A stretch of DNA of 64,000 nucleotides, from contig NC_134025.1 of the NCBI RefSeq assembly GCF_964204645.1, forward strand, positions 31,414,299-31,478,298, written 5' to 3'. The position numbers and the translations under genes are program-made. Position 1 is the first letter of the stretch; each line of letters begins with the position of its first letter. The stretch comes from Tubulanus polymorphus. Taxonomy: Eukaryota > Animalia > Nemertea. The notes under the pieces were generated by a model that saw only the letters and a program-made list of their open reading frames with translations, was not told where the DNA came from and did no database searches. Below are positions 33,833 through 46,149 of this stretch, piece after piece.

Positions 33833-36800
33833 ATGACACAAACGTCGACAGCCGCTGAGCAGAAAGATCTGCTTAAACCCAGCGGTAAAAATCAGAAATC
33901 TGATTTACAGAACGGAGATGTTAAAGATGTGAAGCCGGATGAGGATGAAATAGCTGAAGGTGGATACGGATGGCTCGTCTGTTTCGCGTCGTTCTGGACA
34001 AACGGAACCGTATTCGGAACTATCAATACATTTGGTATATTCTATCAGGCGATGTTAAAGGAATATACAACTGAGAAAGATAGCAGTGATATCAGTTTTA
34101 AAACGGGTACGTCTCTAAAATCAGTCGACGGAAAAACACCAACAATATCCTCTATAATCTCACTTCTCCTTTGGGATTTTGTATCATTGATATAATAACA
34201 CAAACTGTGTTTCAATAAAGGTTATAATATCCCCTATTCATACCCCATTTTCCTCTTAACTGACACAGTCTGAAAGCAGTTTTTCTGGGGTGTTCAAAAA
34301 ATTCAGAAATTTTTATCTTACTTACACAGTCTTATAGCATTATTTTCATTGTTTATCGGATTTTATATCATTACAACACAAACTCAAAGCATGTTACCCT
34401 GATGTTTGTAAAATCCCCCATTTATTTTTCCATTACTCTTACTGACAATCTTTAAGCAGCTTTCAGCCCTTTCTGCCATATATGTTATCTTATAATTCTG
34501 ACTAAGTGTTTTGGACAAAAATATTGAGATCGATTTTTTAAAAAGGCGCATTGTAGTACGCGGTAGTGTGAATCGACCCCTGGGAATCATATAGATTAAT
34601 CTATATATCGGATTAATGTAAAGCTTGTTGTCATATGACAGTCTCGTCTCATCCATTTCAAACAATGAGAATAATAACCTATATTTGTACTGCATTAACT
34701 ATTGTTTATTAATAGCAGTAAATTGTAAATTAAAACCTGACCTCGACGTGGTTCCTATGATCCATTTTGAATTTGAATTAGTTGTTATAACAAAAATATC
34801 AGGACTCGGTTCTACAGTTGTGAGTTTATAGTAGTATAAGTGGGGTTACTATTAGATTTACAATCCGTTACTGCTAGTCTTTGATAAAATTGAGCTGAAT
34901 TCTAATGGACTCTTTAACGGATATCAGTCAGTGTCTGATGAATATTAAAGTCCAAAGTCTATCACATACTTTCAATACAATAGGTACAACTAATATAGTC
35001 AGGTTTATAAAGGAAATGTGACCTAGAATTTACACAACTGCATTAATTAGATTTCTACTGCATAATACATAATAAGGTTTCCATTTGACGTAAAGATTTT
35101 TTTTTTTAGATTCATTTGCCGTTTGAAAAAGGTTCCTGTAAAAGTTTCTTTTCAATGCGACTTGTAAGAACATAGAAAATGACGTATTCTATTCTTGCTA
35201 TTGTTAATAGTAAACTGTACAGTTTTTGGTCCCTTTGTGAAAATAACATGAATGATGATTGTATTCCACATCAATTTCATAGAATTAACTGATTCCAGTT
35301 TTATATTTCACTCAATATTTGTTTAACTGTAAATATCTTCTTAGACTAGAACGAATATCTGTCGGTTTTAGGAAAGATTTATTGTACTAAACACAGTGTT
35401 TAAATCTTATAGTTGGAAGAATAAGAATTGATTCATCAGGGTCTCACCGAGACAAATGTTAGGAATTTCTTCTGTCGAAAAAAGTCCGAGAAGTCATCTA
35501 AAAATCTGAGAAAAGTCGGGGAAATTTGTTGAGATTGTTAGATCACGCTTAAAATCGAGCAGGTTTTGTCTACGACTCACGTATATGACTGTGTTTATTG
35601 ATTGGATTCTTAACAGATCAGAGTCGGGGAAAACAATTTAGTGGCCAACCTGTTCATTCATTCAATTCTCAATATAATTCAGGAATCCAGTTCCGCATTT
35701 AAAACTAGTTCATTTCAAATGTGTTTAAAACTTATTATTATTATTTAACCATATTTGGTTCTTTATTCAATAAAATACTGCTTTAAACCATAAAACATTG
35801 ATACATCATGAATTCAGATATTGTAGCTGTAATGATGTGTGTTTTATTTATTTCAGCGTGGGTCGGATCAGTAACTATAGGAATGGTATTCTTCATGTCG
35901 CCGATAGTGAGTATAGTTACAGACCGTATCGGGATTCGGAAGACGGCGTTCGCCGGTGCAAGTCTAGCGTTTATCGGAATGTTATCGAGTTCGTTCGTTA
36001 AACGGTTAGAATTGTTGTATCTAACGTACGGATTGTTGCTAGGTATCGGCTCGTCGTTCGTTTATACGCCGTCGCTCATTATACTCGGACACTACTTCCA
36101 GCGCCACCTGGGGATCGCTAACGGAATCGTAACGTTCGGTAGCGCCGTTTTTACGATCGTGCTGCCGTTCGCGTTAAAGGAGATGTTAAAACTGATCGGT
36201 TTAAGTCACACGCTTCAAGCGATGAGCTCCCTCTATTTCATACTCATATTTCTTACGTTGCTATGGAAACCCGTATTGAAACATAAACACTCGGAATTAA
36301 ATCACTTGTTGTCGACGGAGAGTTTAGTTCGCGCTGTCGGCGGCTGCTGTCGATTCATCGGTAAATATTTGAATATGGGAATCTGGAGGAATCGAGCGTA
36401 CGTGATCTGGGTGCTGTCAGTAGGAACTGCGTTATTCGGTTACTTCGTGCCTTTCGTCCATTTGGTAAGTAACGTTTCGATCCTCCCTCGGAGGGGATTC
36501 ATCGCGAGACTGCCTACACTGATCAGATTGCCTGTGAGCTACAGATAACCATTGAGATATTAACCCTGGGTAGATAATGTTTTCTGATTGGCTTATATCG
36601 GCATCATGGCTCATGGCGCGAGTACTTGACCGCTTGGCTCCAATCAGGCAGGGTATTTTGCATTGGCTTAGTCTCACGATGCCATCAGGTTTGAATCCCT
36701 GTCGAGGGAGGAGAGAATGAATCCCGCCCTTGAATTCTGTTATTAATTGTAGAATGTTGTTTATATTTCAGGTGAAATACACAAACGAAAATCTACCCGG

Positions 36801-39450
36801 TTCGAATCCAGAACTGTTGATTATGTGTATAGGTGGCGTATCAGGAGTTTCTCGATTAGCCGCCGGAAAATTATCCGATTCTCCAAAAATCAATCGCATT
36901 CGTCTTCAACAAGGATCGTTTGCAATAATGGGAATATTGACGACGTTGATACCGCTGGCGAACGCGTTCTGGCAACTGGCTATAATCTGTGTTATAATGG
37001 GTTTATGTGACGGAACGTTTGTTTGTTTGTTAGGCCCGATAGCGTTCGATATCGTCGGCCCGAGAGGGGCGTCTCAAGCGATGGGTTTCCTCTTGGGTTT
37101 ATTGTCGATACCGATGACCGCGGGGCCTCCGATTGCTGGTAAGTTATAATATCAAAAACACCTGTAACAACAGTTAAACCTCTCAACAATAAATCCAGTT
37201 AAACCTCTTTACAACCAATGCCTTTAATTCTCGCTGTACAGAGATTAGAACGTTACGCCACCTTGTGGTCACTCAACTCATTAATTTCCCAGGTTAATGA
37301 GTATCATACAGATATAACTATTCAATAGGATTATGGGTATATTGTGTGTAGGGTATGAAATGGTTAACACTATTACAGTAAACACCTTTGACCGTGTGGT
37401 CATCCGTGGTCACATGGATACTGTTTACTGTTCAAATGTATATTAAATTCTGGATAAAGTTTTCTGCGTTTGCTGTAGAGAGGTTTAACTATAGAGAGAT
37501 TCTCATATACTTAAAAACAAACGAGGAAATTTTGTTGCAAGTTTTCAAAGCAATCTTTGTAATAGCCATGCTTTGGTTTATGTACTACTGAAATCACCTG
37601 ATTTCAAAGTCCGACTGAAATGTGACACTGTTACGATATCGATACTAAAGTTCAAATGTTCTACGTAGATCCCACCGTGTGATTTTATTTTTTGATTTAT
37701 CGTTTTATATCCAGATATAAAAAAAAACAAATTTCCATGAATTTTATTATTGTTAGTTATTCATGATGAATGATTGTATTTTCTCTCAAGGACATTCAAA
37801 GGTCACGATAGGTAAAAAACACAATATCCGTGTTGATGCGATGAGGAGAGAATCCCACAATGATAATAAAATGAATAAACTACTATCTCGAAGTTTCATT
37901 TTCGGACTTTTTATTATCATTGTGGGATTCTCTCCTCACATTCAAAGGTCACTGTGATTATTAATACATGAGACCAATTGCGATTTTTACAGCCCAAAAA
38001 TGGTCTGAAATCTTGTCTTTAAGTTTGGCTATATAGAATTGAAATAGTCTAAGACTGGTGTTGAATCTAAAGCTATGACTGACCGTTTGAAATATTGACC
38101 TCTGAATTTTAGTCATAATTTCAGGAAACTTGGTCAAACTTATCGTCAAACTCTGGATGAGTGTACTGAAATACAGTCAACCCCCGATATACCGCCCTCC
38201 CATATACCGCCAACCCGCCTACCGCCAGGTTTTCTCAATGTACGTCTCTATACAAATACATAGTAAAACCCCCCCGATATACCGCCCTCCCATATACCGC
38301 CACCCCGCCTACCACCACCCCGCCTACCACCAGGTTATCTCAATGTACATCTCAATACAAATACATAGTTAAACACCCCCGATATACCACCATACTTTCT
38401 AAACCGCCAAAATCGTTTTGCATCGATGTGGGCGGTATATCGGGGGCTGACTGTTAACTCATTGTCATTGTGTTTTTATATCTGATGCTATGATTTCTTG
38501 TTTTTGAAGGGTTATTATACGACGTAATGGGTTCGTATAACGTAGCGTTTCATTGCGCGGGGGCGCCGCCTCTGATCGGTGCTATTATCATGTTCTTTAT
38601 TCCGAAGCTTGTACAAGTATGTATAAACATAAACGTAGAATCTAATTGATTTAATGTCACAATTAAAGTATTTGAATTAAACAGTAATTTCTAAAACTGA
38701 TTGTGGAATATTGATTATTTGTTATTTCCAGCATTTCCCGGCTGTAACGCACGCTGAAGAGGAAATCATCATGTCGAAATTAAATCTCTACGGAGACGAT
38801 GGAAAACAAGGTAAATTCAGTAGTTAACTCTTCGAGTCGTCGTCCTTGTTGTCAGGATTATTTTGACGTTTATCTTTTCATACCTTAACATACAGGACCA
38901 AGTTCCACAGTTGTGAGTTAGAGTTAACTCTGAGTTAAACTTAGTTCATTTTCAATGTTTTAACCCAGGGTCAAATCTTAACTCAGAACTGTGGAACTGG
39001 ACCCTGTAGTTTTGCATCATTTGTTACTTGTCTTGAGAAGGGGTATATGTTAACCCGAAAACGTTCCACTTATTCAACATGATTTATATATATATGGACA
39101 ATGAAACTGTTTGTTCTTTTATGAATTTTTATTTTGACGTTTATTGATTAATTTCAGATGAGTTTAAATTACATTCGAGTGGAGTTTGGCATCGAGGTGA
39201 ATTAATGGATTATATCCCGCCGACTCGACGGAGGTCGTCTGCTGCCGGTCATCGTCAAGAGTTACTCGTATTAAACAGCAGTTTAAACCTATCAAACCTC
39301 GTTAAACCTCACGAGGCTGTTGTTCAATTTGACGAGCACCCGGCTACCGCCGTTATTAGTAACGGTCATAGTTCACACCAGGTGGAGCCACTCGATGAAA
39401 ACAATGAAAATAACTCGGATGAAATATCGGAAAGAGAGTCAGTTATTTGA
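33833..39450 (+). CDS. SLC16A10: Monocarboxylate transporter 10/8-like (SLC16A10/SLC16A2 clade, aromatic amino acid / thyroid hormone transporter)
   Basis: Exons 33833-34106, 35857-36464, 36772-37138, 38510-38616, 38732-38810, 39158-39450. Motifs EGGYGWLV..FWTNGTVFG, FKTAWVGS..IGMVFFMSPIVS, LYLTYG, ILGHYF, GYFVPFVHL, MGLCDG and PMTAGPPIAG are typical of MCT8/MCT10. Confidence 0.93.
36481..36712. mobile_element. MITE in an SLC16 intron
   Basis: About 21-bp TIR tcctccctcggaggggattca / tgaatccctgtcgagggagga, plus a subterminal IR atcgcgagact/agtctcacgat. Confidence 0.7.
37196..37491. mobile_element. Tc1/pogo-like MITE
   Basis: TIR cagttaaacctctttacaac / gctgtagagaggtttaacta. Confidence 0.55.
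37807..37938. mobile_element. TSD-flanked tail-plus-palindrome insertion (Penelope-like architecture)
   Basis: Perfect 30-bp inverted repeat at 37842-37871 and 37909-37938. ACATTCAAAGGTCAC is a direct repeat at 37792-37806 and 37938-37952. Confidence 0.6.
38174..38453. mobile_element. Tc1/mariner-pogo (Tigger-like) MITE with an internal duplication
   Basis: ta|cagtcaacccccgatataccgccc ... gggcggtatatcgggggctgactg. An internal segment is tandemly duplicated. Confidence 0.75.
38893..39006 (+). mobile_element. MITE family 2 (TIR GATCCAGTTCCACAGTT), near-complete copy
   Basis: Near reverse complement of 41779-41891. Many degenerate copies occur (6790-7010, 18697-18785, 25480-25795, 28065-28145, 28778-28880, 35684-35720, 55140-55325). 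Confidence 0.8.
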
Positions 39451-39465
39451 ACAATTCATTAAAGC

Positions 39466-39995
39466 AGAACTATCCTGTGACCAGGTGAACTATCCTGTGA
39501 CCTGGTGAACTATCCTGTGACCTGGTGAACTATCCTGTGACCTGGTGAACTATCCTGTGACCAGGTGAACTATCCTGTGACCAGGTGAACTATCCTGTAA
39601 CCAGGTGAACTATCCTGTGACCAGGTGAACTATCCTGTGATCAGGTGAACTATCCTGTGACCAGGTGAACTATCCTGTGACCAGGTGAACTATCCTGTGA
39701 CCAGGTAAACTATCGTGTGACCAGGTGAACTATCCTGTGACCAGGTGAACTATCCTGTGACCAGGTGAACTATCCTGTGACCAGGTGAACTATCCTGTGA
39801 CCAGGTGAACTATCCTGTGACCAGGTGAACTATCCTGTGACCAGGTGAACTATCCTGTGACCAGGTGAACTATCCTGTGACCAGGTGAACTATCCTGTGA
39901 CCAGGTGAACTATCCTGTGACCTGGTGAACTATCCTGTGACCAGGTGAACTATCCTATGACCCGGTCGAGGGGTTTGTGAACTATCCTATGACCA
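39466..39995. repeat. 20-bp minisatellite, ~25 copies, right after the SLC16 stop codon
   Basis: Unit gaactatcctgtgaccaggt, nearly homogeneous. Confidence 0.97.
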
Positions 39996-41174
39996 GGTTG
40001 AGGGGTTAGAAAATAAATTTACTACCATGCTGCTTAGTATTTTCTGTGTTTTCTGCTATAAAACTGTTAATATAAAATATACCTGTGTGTATTGTATGAT
40101 TAGATTTTATGTATGTATTTTAATGTTTCTGAAAACATCGAGCTTTATTTCTTTTTTTAACGAAATTGATTTGGGAGTAATCAAAAATGCTCAAGAATCA
40201 AAATGCTGCCCGGTCATTTTGTCGGTTTTGACATTTTATGTGGTTATGATGTTTTAATAACTTAGTTCTTATGAATATTATCTGTGCTTCAAACGGTCCA
40301 AACCTTGTTTTATTTGGATATGTTCACTGTTTTTATGGCAACTTGTCAAAATCAAATCACAATTCTGATGATTGTATTTTTTCTGAATTTTATCTGGGTA
40401 TTTTTTGTTGAAAAATGAAAGTCGTATTGGTGATTTGATTGAACTTGTATTATAAATGTTAGAGACTGTTGATTGTTTGAATGCGAGCGTTTAACATTAG
40501 AACCCCGAGTGACGTATTTACTCATTGCGTTTAAAAGTCTTAAAAACAGTAAGATAAGACATGACTTAAATTAGAGAGATTTCAGAAGACACAGGATGAA
40601 ACAGTGCTAAGTTTACTGATTGATTTGAGGTAAAAGTTATCAGAATGCTGAACACCGAGTCAATTAGTTCATACTTCTCTTCAGGTGACTTTGTTAATGT
40701 TACTTAAATTATATATCAGCGCATTGTATTACATTGTAATATTCAGACTAGGAGGTCAAGGTTATTATGTAGATTTGTCTGATATATTGTGTACCTACTT
40801 CTAAATGCTAAATGATAATAAAATCTTTCATTATCTGATAAATCTTCCATTTTGCTATTTCATTATTATTCGGGATGTTACAGGGAGCCGGGATGAGATT
40901 AATGGAAACCATGTCACCTATAACTGATATCAGTCACTAAATGAGCTGGACACCAATAGGCCCTGCCCTATCGGCCTACAACTGTCCGTTACATAAATGA
41001 TGACGATGATGTCCCGGGTTCGAACCCATTCCATCGCCGCAGAAACTGATTCTAATTACTGTCATTGAATGGGTCTGGTGCTAAATAGATGATAAATTAG
41101 GCCAGACTCTAAACCAAGTCTTCTGACTGGTACTGATTCAATACGATATATAGGCTACTTTTTAACGATATGTT

Positions 41175-41263
41175 CGCCATCTATTGGAATTTTGCTGAAC
41201 TATCAAATCAGAATTAACCGCGATGGCGAACAAAAGCTAAATTTCGCAAACGCCATCTATCGG
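41175..41263 (-). promoter_or_regulatory. Pair of CTCF-like motifs; others at 3523, 9257, 18346, 18371, 37256, 47659, 63506
   Basis: cgccatctattgg and cgccatctatcgg match the reverse complement of the CTCF core CCANYAGRKGGCR. Confidence 0.45.
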
Positions 41264-41778
41264 AAATATAGTTAGAAAAAATAGTAATGTCTCGGGTTCG
41301 AACCCAGTAATTACTGATACTCATTCCATGTGTATTCCGTGTAAATATTAATAGACTTCATGTCTGAGCAGCTGAGATGAAACTCCCCTTTCTGTTCATT
41401 GGGTTATGTGCGACTAAATCAAATGAATCTTGATTCGGCACTATTTAAATAAGATACGATGCATTTATCCATTTTCTGCAAAATAGATTCACTTGACTCT
41501 TTCGCGAAATTTCAACTAAAGTAAAACATGTTTCAAACAAGTTCTAACAATAGTTTACGAGATAAACGAGCTGCATTTGATGAATGAGAAATGATGAAAT
41601 GTGTCGTAAACAGTCTGTCGAATTCAATCGTCGAAACGAGACAATTCTATAGAGAATCAGCCTATAATGAGTGGACTCAACATTCAATTGACTAATAAAG
41701 AAAATTCAACTCAGATAGTTTCATACAATATTATTAGAACAGTCTTACACAGAGCTACGATCATTTATCTGAATCTTC

Positions 41779-41891
41779 AGGATCCAGTTCCGCAGTTCGG
41801 AGTTAAGATTTGACCCTGGGTTAAAACAGTGAAAATGAACTAACTTTAACTCAGAGTTAACTCTAACTCACAACTGTGGAACCGGGTCCAG
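41779..41891 (-). mobile_element. MITE family 2, complete copy with CAG TSD
   Basis: cag|gatccagttccgcagtt ... aactgtggaaccgggtc|cag. It sits at the 5' end of the GPCR-A pseudogene. Confidence 0.8.
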
Positions 41892-41896
41892 AGGTA

Positions 41897-42788
41897 CTGC
41901 TGATAAAAGTTTGATAACATTTCTAGTATCAGTACCACAATGAGTGGTACAGCAATGCAACTCACCTCGTGTCAACGGTTTCAAACTCGTCCGGTTCAAT
42001 TCAGATTAAAATTCAATATATTTGGGATGTTATCTCCCCGCGTCAGTACTGGTTATAACATTCAACGCATTCACGCTGTTTGTTCTAAAACGATTTAAAT
42101 CTGATGTTTATTTTCTCATCAAAATTCTCGCTATGATCGCTATACAATCATTCTGTATCCGCTGAGAACTGCGTACATTTACACCGTTTTGGTAGTTAAT
42201 TGGATAACTGGTATTTTGGGTGGATTTTTATTTCAATATCTTTGCCGTTTTTCTATATATTTCAGATGACACGTAACTGGTGCACTGTACTGCTCAGTCT
42301 AGAGCGGTTAATCGTCGTATTGCTTCCAATGAAAACTCGTAAAATTCCCCTAAAATCAATCTGGAAATAGGCGATATTGTTTATTTCATTGCTGAGTTTT
42401 TTCGGATATTTCTGTCAAATTTTACCCACAAACCATCTTGAAATCCTGAAATGTCCAGAATATTGGCCATACATAACACGGCGTACCACGTGGATCCGGT
42501 ATGCTGGTAACATTGGATACTGGTATTACGACTTTTCGGAGAGGTTTTTATACCTGTACCTAACAAACTGTGACGATTCCAATGTGCATTTTAGTTTTTA
42601 TCAATTCGATTCTGATTTCGGTGACATTTTACCGTCGGGTTACTCGACGTGCAGAACTCGGTGTAAGTGATGAATCGTCTAGAAGAGAAATGAGGGTTTT
42701 AAGGATGGTTTTATCAGTAGTTTTATTGTCTGTCATTTGTAAAGGTTTCGGTTTTGTGGACCGTTAAAGGGATTTACGTCACATCAGA
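41897..42788 (+). pseudogene. Pseudogene paralogue of GPCR-A (44894-45985)
   Basis: Collinear and highly similar to 44894-45820, with small frameshifting deletions and an in-frame TAG at about 42368. It is truncated in ECL3 by inserted sequence. Confidence 0.9.
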
Positions 42789-43167
42789 AATCCTTAGGCA
42801 CTGTTTGAGGATGATCCATTATGGATCGCGCTTATGATCGCGCTTATTGCTAACACTCTACGTCCAATAATTAAGTCAATATCTCAAGGAACCTATTTAG
42901 TATTCAATCCATACGAAAGAAATATCTTTAAATGAAAAAATGGGACAGAAATATACAAAAATAATGATCTCAACTTCCAGTTTTCCCAGCAGCAAAAAAA
43001 GGCCAACCCTAGTTGCAGCATAACACTAACCCTAGCTCGACAATTTCCCTAACCCTAGCTCGACTGAGACTCGAACTCGGGCCCCTCACGTGCAAACACA
43101 GAGTGTCTACCACTAGACCCAAGAGTTCTGGTGAATGACACCGCTTGTTAGTTAACCTAAGCACGTA

Positions 43168-43355
43168 TATTCACCAGGCCAACACTAGGGTTTCTGCGTT
43201 TATTCACCAGGCCAACACTAGGATTTCTGCGTTTTTCACCAGGCCAACACTACGGTTTCTGCGTTTATTAAACAGGCCAACACTAGGGTTTCTGCGTTTA
43301 TTCACCAGGCCAACACTTGGGTTTCTGCGGTTTATTCACCAGGCCAACACTAGGG
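43168..43355. repeat. 33-bp minisatellite
   Basis: Unit tattcaccaggccaacactagggtttctgcgtt. Confidence 0.9.
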
Positions 43356-43420
43356 TTATTGACCATACGTTACATGGCGCTCCGAAACGAAGCCGATCCG
43401 TTACACCTCTATTGATATCG

Positions 43421-43810
43421 CTTACTGGATTTTTAGTTTTTCGGCAAGGTTTTTATTCATGTAACTAACTGTGACGATTCCACTGTTCTGTTTGTTTTTT
43501 ATAAATCTAATTCTGATTTCGGTGACATTTTACCGTCGGGTAACTCGACGTTCACAGCTCGGTGTAACTGAATCATCTAGAAGAGAAATGAGGGTTTTAA
43601 GGTGGTTTTATCAGTAGTTCTAGTGTTTATTATTTGTGAAGGCTTTGGTTTGTCGACCGTTTAAGACCGCTAGGTTGCATCGCTTTTAGGACCACGCCTT
43701 ATGGTTTTAGACAAATCACTTTGACATTTTCAATCATTGATTCCTCAGTAAACTTTAACATACATTGTGTGACAAATGAGAAATTCAGAAAAACAGCCTT
43801 TAAAATAATT
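43421..43810 (+). pseudogene. 3' fragment (TM5-TM7) of a GPCR-A paralogue
   Basis: Matches 45560-45945 (gacattttaccgtcgggt, agaagagaaatgagggttttaag, cagtaaacttta, gagaaattcagaaa) with indels. Confidence 0.85.
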
Positions 43811-44624
43811 AAATAAGAACTAATGAAATCCTGGAAACATTGAACCTCAGGTCAATGGGCACCAAACATAGATTAACTAACCCGTGGCACCAGTATATAG
43901 TGAGCCGAAGACTTCCAACTGAGACGGAATATTACATGTGGTGCCTTGGAAGTTTGTATACAAATACCGCCGTCCCGCTGGATCCCTTATTAAAGCATCT
44001 TCTATTCTATAAAAAACACAATCTTGTAATTTGGTCCAAAAATTAAAAAATCGAAGGTCATCCGTAACCCTCGGGACCCTCGGGACTCGAACCCGGGTCT
44101 CTGACATGGAAACCCAGAGTGTCAACCACTAGACCATAGAGTTCTGGTGGCTGACGAAGTATATGAGTTTGTCCGGCCAGTGTAGTGACTGGTGACCACT
44201 GGTGATCACACCTGATTGGTCACCAGTCACCAATCAGGTGTTGACTATATTCGCTAATAATACACCCTATCATTCACCGTTGTCCAGTCCGTTACTAGGG
44301 AAATTCCAAGGTCACTACAGTTCTCAGTTGTAATGATGATGGCTGATGATAACCTGGGCCCGTTTTCATAGACTGAGTATCAAAGTTATTCCTAGGGGTA
44401 AATCCTCAATCTGGTTGACAACCACCATAGTTACAATGAGAAACCATGGTGATAACTGATAAATTTCAAAACATTCCTGGGGACTATTTTTCTTCCGCAG
44501 TTCATCTCGACTAATGGTAAAGTTCACTTTCACGTTATATATGTTGCTCTGCTGTGTAAATTAACATTTTAAAATTGCAAAATAAATTTGCTGTGTCGTT
44601 TTTAACATTTCCAACACGATACAG

Positions 44625-44800
44625 ATACTGATATTGCTGCAGCGCTAATTGGGGTTTGGTCGACACCAAACACAATCTGTTTCGCTCTCATGTAGCGTAG
44701 AACGGACCGCGGCATCATCCGCTCCTTTGGAATATCTGGAATAGCGAAACGTCAGTATTGCATGCAAGTCGCTTGAAAATGTCACGTGGTTATTGTACGA
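44625..44800 (+). pseudogene. 5' remnant of a GPCR-B copy, directly upstream of intact GPCR-A
   Basis: ggtttggtcgacaccaaacacaatct and ggaccgcggcatcatccgctcct match 58475-58570 and 46150-46250. The start ATG has become TTG. Confidence 0.7.
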
Positions 44801-44893
44801 TCAGATCCTATATATTGAAGATTGGAATCTACATTCAATTCACTCTTCACTAAGAGACAATTCAAACAGATTCATTCAATAACAGATTTTCTA

Positions 44894-45985
44894 ATGCTGA
44901 TGAAAACGCTTGATAACATTTCTAATATCAGCAGTACTACAATGAGTGGTCCAGCAATGCAACTCGACTGGTGTCAGATATTTCAAACTCAACCGGTTCA
45001 ATTCAGGTTAAAATTCAGTGTGTTAATGTATTTGGGATGTTATCTACCCGCGTCAGTACTGGGTATAACATTTAACGCATTCACGCTGTTTGTTCTAAAA
45101 CGATTTAAATCTGATGTTTATTTTCTAATCAAAATTCTCGCTTTAAACGATCTTTTGTTTATGATCACGACATTCATTCTGTATCCGCTGAGAACTGCGT
45201 ACATTTACGCCGTTTTGGGAGATATTGTGTTTCGCGTAGATGACTGGTTTTTCGGGTGGATTTTTATTACAATATCTTTGCCGTTTTTCTATATATTTCA
45301 GATGACGCGTAACTGGTGCACTGTACTGCTCAGTCTAGAGCGGTTAATCGTCGTATTGTTTCCTATCAAATCCCGTAGAATTCCCAAAAAGTTTATCTCA
45401 AAATATACGATGTTGTTTATTTCATTGCTTGGATTTTGCGGACATTTCTGTCGATTTCTACCTCGATTGCATCTAGGATTCTTGAACTGTCCAGATTATT
45501 GGCCATACATTACGCGACGTACACCTACCACGTGGATCCGGTGGCACAGTATAAGGCTGGGATACTGGGTTTTCTCGTTATCGGAGATATATCTTTTCCT
45601 GTACCTAACCGTGTCCATTCCAATGTGCTTTTTAGTTTTTATCAATTCGATTCTTATTTCGGTGACATTTTATCGTCGGGTTACTCGACGTTCAAAGCTC
45701 GGTGTAACTGATGAATCGTCTAGAAGAGAAATGAGGGTTTTAAGGATGGTTTTATCTGTAGTTCTAGTGTTTTTCATTTGTGAAGGTTTCGGTTTTGTCG
45801 ACCGTAATACTAGACTGTTCCACTTTAGAATGCGCGATCTCACCGTTGGTTTTAGACAAATCGCTTTGGCATTTTCTATCATTGATTCTTCAGTAAACTT
45901 TATCATATATTGTTCGACAAATGAGAAATTCAGAAAGACATCTATTGATATTGTAAGTAAAGCCTGCTCTAAGAGAGTTTTGTGA
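44894..45985 (+). CDS. Intronless class A (rhodopsin-like) GPCR, FMRFamide-receptor-like / putative chemoreceptor (GPCR-A)
   Basis: The ORF has 7 hydrophobic segments with GITFN (TM1), LALND (TM2), RNWCTVLLSLERL..FP (TM3), FFICE (TM6), SSVNFIIYC..KFR (TM7/H8) and an N-terminal NIS sequon. The first ATG is at 44894. Confidence 0.92.
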   Translation: MLMKTLDNISNISSTTMSGPAMQLDWCQIFQTQPVQFRLKFSVLMYLGCYLPASVLGITFNAFTLFVLKRFKSDVYFLIKILALNDLLFMITTFILYPLRTAYIYAVLGDIVFRVDDWFFGWIFITISLPFFYIFQMTRNWCTVLLSLERLIVVLFPIKSRRIPKKFISKYTMLFISLLGFCGHFCRFLPRLHLGFLNCPDYWPYITRRTPTTWIRWHSIRLGYWVFSLSEIYLFLYLTVSIPMCFLVFINSILISVTFYRRVTRRSKLGVTDESSRREMRVLRMVLSVVLVFFICEGFGFVDRNTRLFHFRMRDLTVGFRQIALAFSIIDSSVNFIIYCSTNEKFRKTSIDIVSKACSKRVL

Positions 45986-46149
45986 TGAATTGTTGCCGAT
46001 GCGAAGTTGAGATGATCTATCAGTAAATAGACGTAATTGATAAAACCTCGATGGCCGTTATGGAGCGGTAGAATTGATTCGTTGAAACTTCACATCAATT
46101 ATAGCTGAAATTTCATCATTTCATTTGTACCATTACATATTGCGAAATG

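Noticed and set aside
39466-39995. CRISPR-like appearance of regular repeats (also 19021-19580, 4956-5249)
   Set aside because: Head-to-tail units with no unique spacers, no cas genes and a eukaryotic context.
44822-44893. N-terminal extensions of the GPCR ORFs in the track (also 58502-58567)
   Set aside because: They start at TTG. The first ATGs are at 44894 and 58568, and a splice acceptor lies within the second extension.
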